This document shows positions 16,861-20,000 of a DNA stretch of 20,000 bases, one piece after another (position 1 is the first letter of the stretch; every line of letters starts with the position of its first letter). The stretch lies in IMG/VR virus record IMGVR_UViG_3300044675_004257, positions 57,660-77,659 of that record. The stretch is one strand, 5' to 3'. A model generated the notes under the pieces. It searched no databases. It had not been told where the DNA came from and saw nothing but the letters and a program-made list of their open reading frames with translations. Origin of the DNA: an uncultured virus (IMG/VR IMGVR_UViG_3300044675_004257). Taxonomy: Duplodnaviria; Heunggongvirae; Uroviricota; Caudoviricetes. The position numbers and the translations under genes are program-made.

Positions 16861-17655
16861 ATGTTTTTTGAAAAATTAGACTACACAGTAAATATTGAGA
16901 AGTTGAAACAAGAAGTAAGGGATAGCGTTTTTACTTTGGGTGACCAAGTTATTCAAGGTGAAGAATATGAAACTCCAAAATACAATGGTTTTGGTGGTTG
17001 GAGTATTCTATGCAAAGAAGCCACATGGACTGGTGGTTGGGAAGCTATTCAGTTGGAAAAAGGTCAATCACTAGAATCATTTTTACCGACAGAAGAATTG
17101 ATTTACAAAGCATACAAACATTTTAATGTATCTCATGGTTTGGAACATGACAAACCAACGGAAGCTTATGTTGGCGAAATTAAGAAAGTTTTGGACGATA
17201 TACGTGAAATGGGATTTTATCCAACCAGAGCAAGAGTTACTTGTTTGAAAGCAAATTCAAAAAGTTTGGTACACAGAGATGCTGAAGAAAAAGAATATAT
17301 GGCTCGTATTCACATTCCACTATTCACAAATAAAAAATGTGTACACATTTGTCAAGGTAAAAATTTACACATGCCTGCTGATGGTGGCGTTTGGATTCTT
17401 TGGGTGAATCAATGGCACCAAATTAGAAATGATTCCGATGAAGATAGATACCATATCATTATGGATGCTTACGACACCAAAAAGGTAACAAAACATTTTA
17501 AATATGAAGGTGAGTTTGAACAAATGTTAAAATTTGTTGGTAGTATGAGAGAAAAGATTGATAGTGTAGAATTGACAGAAGAAGATATAGACTTCTTTGA
17601 AGCTATCAGACAAAAATATGTAACTAAAAAAATTAGAGATTTTGAAATTTATTAA
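16861..17655 (+). CDS. Aspartyl/asparaginyl beta-hydroxylase-like Fe(II)/2OG oxygenase
   Basis: RARV..L......VHRD...ARIHIPLFTN...HMPADG.VW....WHQIRN.S.EDRYHII; AAGGA RBS. Confidence 0.75.
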   Translation: MFFEKLDYTVNIEKLKQEVRDSVFTLGDQVIQGEEYETPKYNGFGGWSILCKEATWTGGWEAIQLEKGQSLESFLPTEELIYKAYKHFNVSHGLEHDKPTEAYVGEIKKVLDDIREMGFYPTRARVTCLKANSKSLVHRDAEEKEYMARIHIPLFTNKKCVHICQGKNLHMPADGGVWILWVNQWHQIRNDSDEDRYHIIMDAYDTKKVTKHFKYEGEFEQMLKFVGSMREKIDSVELTEEDIDFFEAIRQKYVTKKIRDFEIY

Positions 17656-17658
17656 ATT

Positions 17659-19176
17659 ATGACAGATATACACGGTATCGTTTTTACCGGTATGGAACGA
17701 ACTAGAACAATTAGTCGACCAGCTGGTGCAGCAAGATTGAGGACAGTTTTAGACCAACATGGTTATAACATGGAAGTTATTGATTATTTTGGCAACTTCA
17801 CGGATGAAGAAATTGAAACAATCTGTGCTAGATTTATTGGACCAAAAACACTGTTTGTTGGCGTCAGTATTACCTTCATCTATGCATTTGATAAGGTGAA
17901 TCACCTATTCAATCATATTAAAGAAAAATATCCACACGTAAAGACTTTAATTGGCGGCAATGAGACACCAATTAGTGGTATAGATTTAACTAAGGTTGAT
18001 AGAATTTTTTGGGGATATGCCGAAGAAGCGGTATTACACTATTTAAAATTCCTGACAAAAAAACGATTGGATGATTTAAAGTGGGTTCCTTATAGAGAAA
18101 CTTTTTCTATCAATGCCGAAATGGTGTACAAGAATGATGATACTGATTTATCCATAAAATGGTTGGAGAGCGACTTAATCAAAAACAATTTCTTGCCTAT
18201 TGAAATTAGTAGGGGTTGCATTTTCAGATGCAGGTTCTGTGCCTTTCCATTGTTGGGTAAAAAGAAGAACGATTACATTCGTCACGTAGATAATTTGGCT
18301 GCCGAATTGCGTAGAAACTATGAGATGTTTGGTGTAAACAATTATTGGTTTAATGATGATACGTTTAATGATAACGTGGTTAAATTAGATTATGTTGCTG
18401 AAGCAATTGCAAAGAGTGGTGTTAAGATTACATACACAGCGTTCTTACGTGCAGATTTGATTGAACGTTTTCCAGAAACTATACCCATGTTAGCGGACAC
18501 TGGTTTGGTTGCTGCAACATTTGGTTTAGAATCACTGCATCCAGAGGCCAAGAAGGCCATTGGTAAAGGCCTAGATAATGAAAGACAGTTTGAAGCAATT
18601 AGACAGTTAAAGAAATATAAACCAATTTACACATATACTGGTATGATTTGTGGGTTACCTGGAGAACCAATCTCTAGTGTGTATAAAAGTCAGCAATTAT
18701 TGTTGGACCAAAACTTTGAAGTATTTGATAATTGGGATTGGTGGCCTTTGTTGATTAGAAAAGGATCAGTCAGTCGTTTAAGTGAATTTGAAAAAGAATA
18801 TGAAAAATGGGGTTACAGTGAAATGTTACCTGGAGAATTTAAAGTTCCCACAGGTGATGATGATTTTAGATATGCACAACCTGATGAAGGAACAATGATT
18901 TGGAAAAACAAATATACAAACTGGTATACTGCAAGGCGTGTTGCTGATTCATTGAATAAAGAAACAGAACAACATCGAATCAAAGCTGGTAAATCAATTT
19001 ACGGTAATGCTGATAAAGGTGTCAGTATCAACCATGATGTATTTGAACTGGTTGGTATGGGAGTTGATATTAAAGATATCATTGATGGAACATTTGACAA
19101 AACTTTTTTGAATAAAAAAATCGAAGAAGCAGACCAAACTATCCTTGAATATAAAAACTTAAAGTTAGGATTATAA
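17659..19176 (+). CDS. Cobalamin (B12)-binding radical SAM enzyme (class B methyltransferase-like)
   Basis: N-terminal B12-binding-like region (VGVSITF, LIGG, GYAE), EISRGCIFRCRFC, DDTFN, FGLES, ICGLPGE. Confidence 0.85.
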   Translation: MTDIHGIVFTGMERTRTISRPAGAARLRTVLDQHGYNMEVIDYFGNFTDEEIETICARFIGPKTLFVGVSITFIYAFDKVNHLFNHIKEKYPHVKTLIGGNETPISGIDLTKVDRIFWGYAEEAVLHYLKFLTKKRLDDLKWVPYRETFSINAEMVYKNDDTDLSIKWLESDLIKNNFLPIEISRGCIFRCRFCAFPLLGKKKNDYIRHVDNLAAELRRNYEMFGVNNYWFNDDTFNDNVVKLDYVAEAIAKSGVKITYTAFLRADLIERFPETIPMLADTGLVAATFGLESLHPEAKKAIGKGLDNERQFEAIRQLKKYKPIYTYTGMICGLPGEPISSVYKSQQLLLDQNFEVFDNWDWWPLLIRKGSVSRLSEFEKEYEKWGYSEMLPGEFKVPTGDDDFRYAQPDEGTMIWKNKYTNWYTARRVADSLNKETEQHRIKAGKSIYGNADKGVSINHDVFELVGMGVDIKDIIDGTFDKTFLNKKIEEADQTILEYKNLKLGL

Positions 19177-19835
19177 TGTTCATTTATTGCCCACCAAAAG
19201 AGATTCCAAAAATTGAATCTCAAACTTTTCCTGACGGGAAAAGATATTATGTCACGCCTGATGGTAAAAAGTTACCATCGGTGACCACAGTGGTGGGTGC
19301 TCAGAAAAAAGAGGCCATCATGGCATGGCGCCGTAGAGTTGGTGAAGAAGTTGCAAACAAAATCTCCAAACATGCTACATCCCGTGGTACTAATATGCAT
19401 ACCATGTGTGAATATTATTTGAACAATGAAACAAAACCACCAGGCACTGTTATGCCTGATGCCAAAGAGATGTTCATATCAATCAAACCACATCTAAACA
19501 AAATCAATAACATACACTACCAAGAGGTCGGACTGTGGTCTGCACAACTAGGATTAGCAGGTCGTGTAGATTGCATTGGTGAGTATGAAGGTAAGTTATC
19601 AGTCATTGATTTTAAAACATCAAAGAAGATTAAAAAGCGTGAAGATATTTTAGATTATTTTTGGCAATGTACTGCATATGCATTGATGTATGAAGAATTA
19701 GTTGGTACACCTATTGATGATTTGATAATCATTATGGCCGTGGATAACGAACAACCAATGATTTTCAAAGAAAAAACACAAGACCATATTGAAGGCCTGG
19801 TTAAAGCAATTGATTATTACCATAAAAACAGTTGA
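19176..19835 (+). CDS. PD-(D/E)XK exonuclease (phage exonuclease, Cas4/MGME1-like fold)
   Basis: RYY.TPDG..LPSVTTV, RGT.MH, AGRVDC, IDFKTS, Q.TAYA.M. Confidence 0.85.
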   Translation: MFIYCPPKEIPKIESQTFPDGKRYYVTPDGKKLPSVTTVVGAQKKEAIMAWRRRVGEEVANKISKHATSRGTNMHTMCEYYLNNETKPPGTVMPDAKEMFISIKPHLNKINNIHYQEVGLWSAQLGLAGRVDCIGEYEGKLSVIDFKTSKKIKKREDILDYFWQCTAYALMYEELVGTPIDDLIIIMAVDNEQPMIFKEKTQDHIEGLVKAIDYYHKNS

Positions 19836-19860
19836 CAGACTAAATAATTTAATGTATAAT
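19832..19860 (+). promoter_or_regulatory. Consensus sigma70 promoter with an embedded late-like CTAAATA, upstream of the RNA gene
   Basis: TTGACA (19832-19837), 17-nt spacer, TATAAT (19855-19860); CTAAATA at 19840-19846. Confidence 0.85.
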
Positions 19861-19865
19861 GTGAA

Positions 19866-20000
19866 GTTATGGTTGTATGAAGCAACTAGAAAAGTGTTCT
19901 GGACGGGGGTGCGAATCCCCCCAGGTCCACCATAAGCATATTAGTGGTCTTGAAACCCACAATTCATAGTTAAGTCTATGTGCTAGTATGTTTCTGATGG
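19866..20000 (+). ncRNA. ssrA: Probable circularly permuted (two-piece) tmRNA: acceptor piece plus intervening segment; the coding piece would lie beyond the window
   Basis: GGAC-GGGGG-TGCGAAT-CCCCC (T arm)-CAGGTCC-ACCA ending at 19932, about 70 nt after the promoter, with no matching 5' acceptor strand upstream. It is followed by a hairpin-forming spacer, and the window ends in GG. Confidence 0.75.

Noticed and set aside
11902..19176. Island as a DNA hypermodification or 7-deazaguanine/queuosine pathway
   Set aside because: No QueC/QueD/FolE/DpdA, thymidylate-synthase-like, kinase or glycosyltransferase genes are seen. The rSAM is SPASM-type next to a Cys-rich protein. A nucleic-acid target for individual oxygenases is not formally excluded.
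56..19223. All minus-strand ORFs in the track (e.g. 2146-2598, 1768-2043, 15359-15637)
   Set aside because: They are short, lie antisense to well-supported + strand genes, and show no recognisable motifs, so they are shadow ORFs.
19176..19835. Exonuclease as a CRISPR Cas4
   Set aside because: It lacks the four-Cys Fe-S cluster pattern and any CRISPR context, and matches a generic phage PD-(D/E)XK exonuclease.
19860..19932. Standard tRNA gene ending in CCA at 19932
   Set aside because: No 5' acceptor strand complementary to CAGGTCC, D arm or anticodon arm lies upstream. The GGAC before the T arm fits a tmRNA 3' end better.

Overview
A gene-dense window with all credible genes on the + strand. 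It looks like part of a large T4-like (Tevenvirinae/cyanomyovirus-like) phage genome, judging by the CobS-like and other AAA+ ATPases, metallophosphoesterase, NAD-dependent epimerase, DenV-like glycosylase, PhoH, PD-(D/E)XK exonuclease, near-consensus sigma70 early promoters and TATAAATA-type late-promoter motifs. The first ~11.8 kb is an ordinary phage accessory region with many small hypothetical and membrane proteins. The highlight is a ~7.3 kb tightly coupled island (11902-19176) between phoH and the exonuclease. It encodes a radical SAM/SPASM enzyme, a protein with an Asn-Cys repeat core (12 Cys, 10 of them as NC), two small paralogous proteins, four Fe(II)/2OG-type oxygenases (one Asp/Asn beta-hydroxylase-like) and a cobalamin-dependent radical SAM enzyme. 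This resembles a phage-encoded RiPP-like or virion-protein post-translational modification system. A perfect 22-bp tandem duplication containing a late-promoter-like motif marks its left border. The window ends in what appears to be the acceptor piece of a circularly permuted (two-piece) tmRNA behind a perfect sigma70 promoter. All family calls come from motif recognition by eye; no database searches were run.
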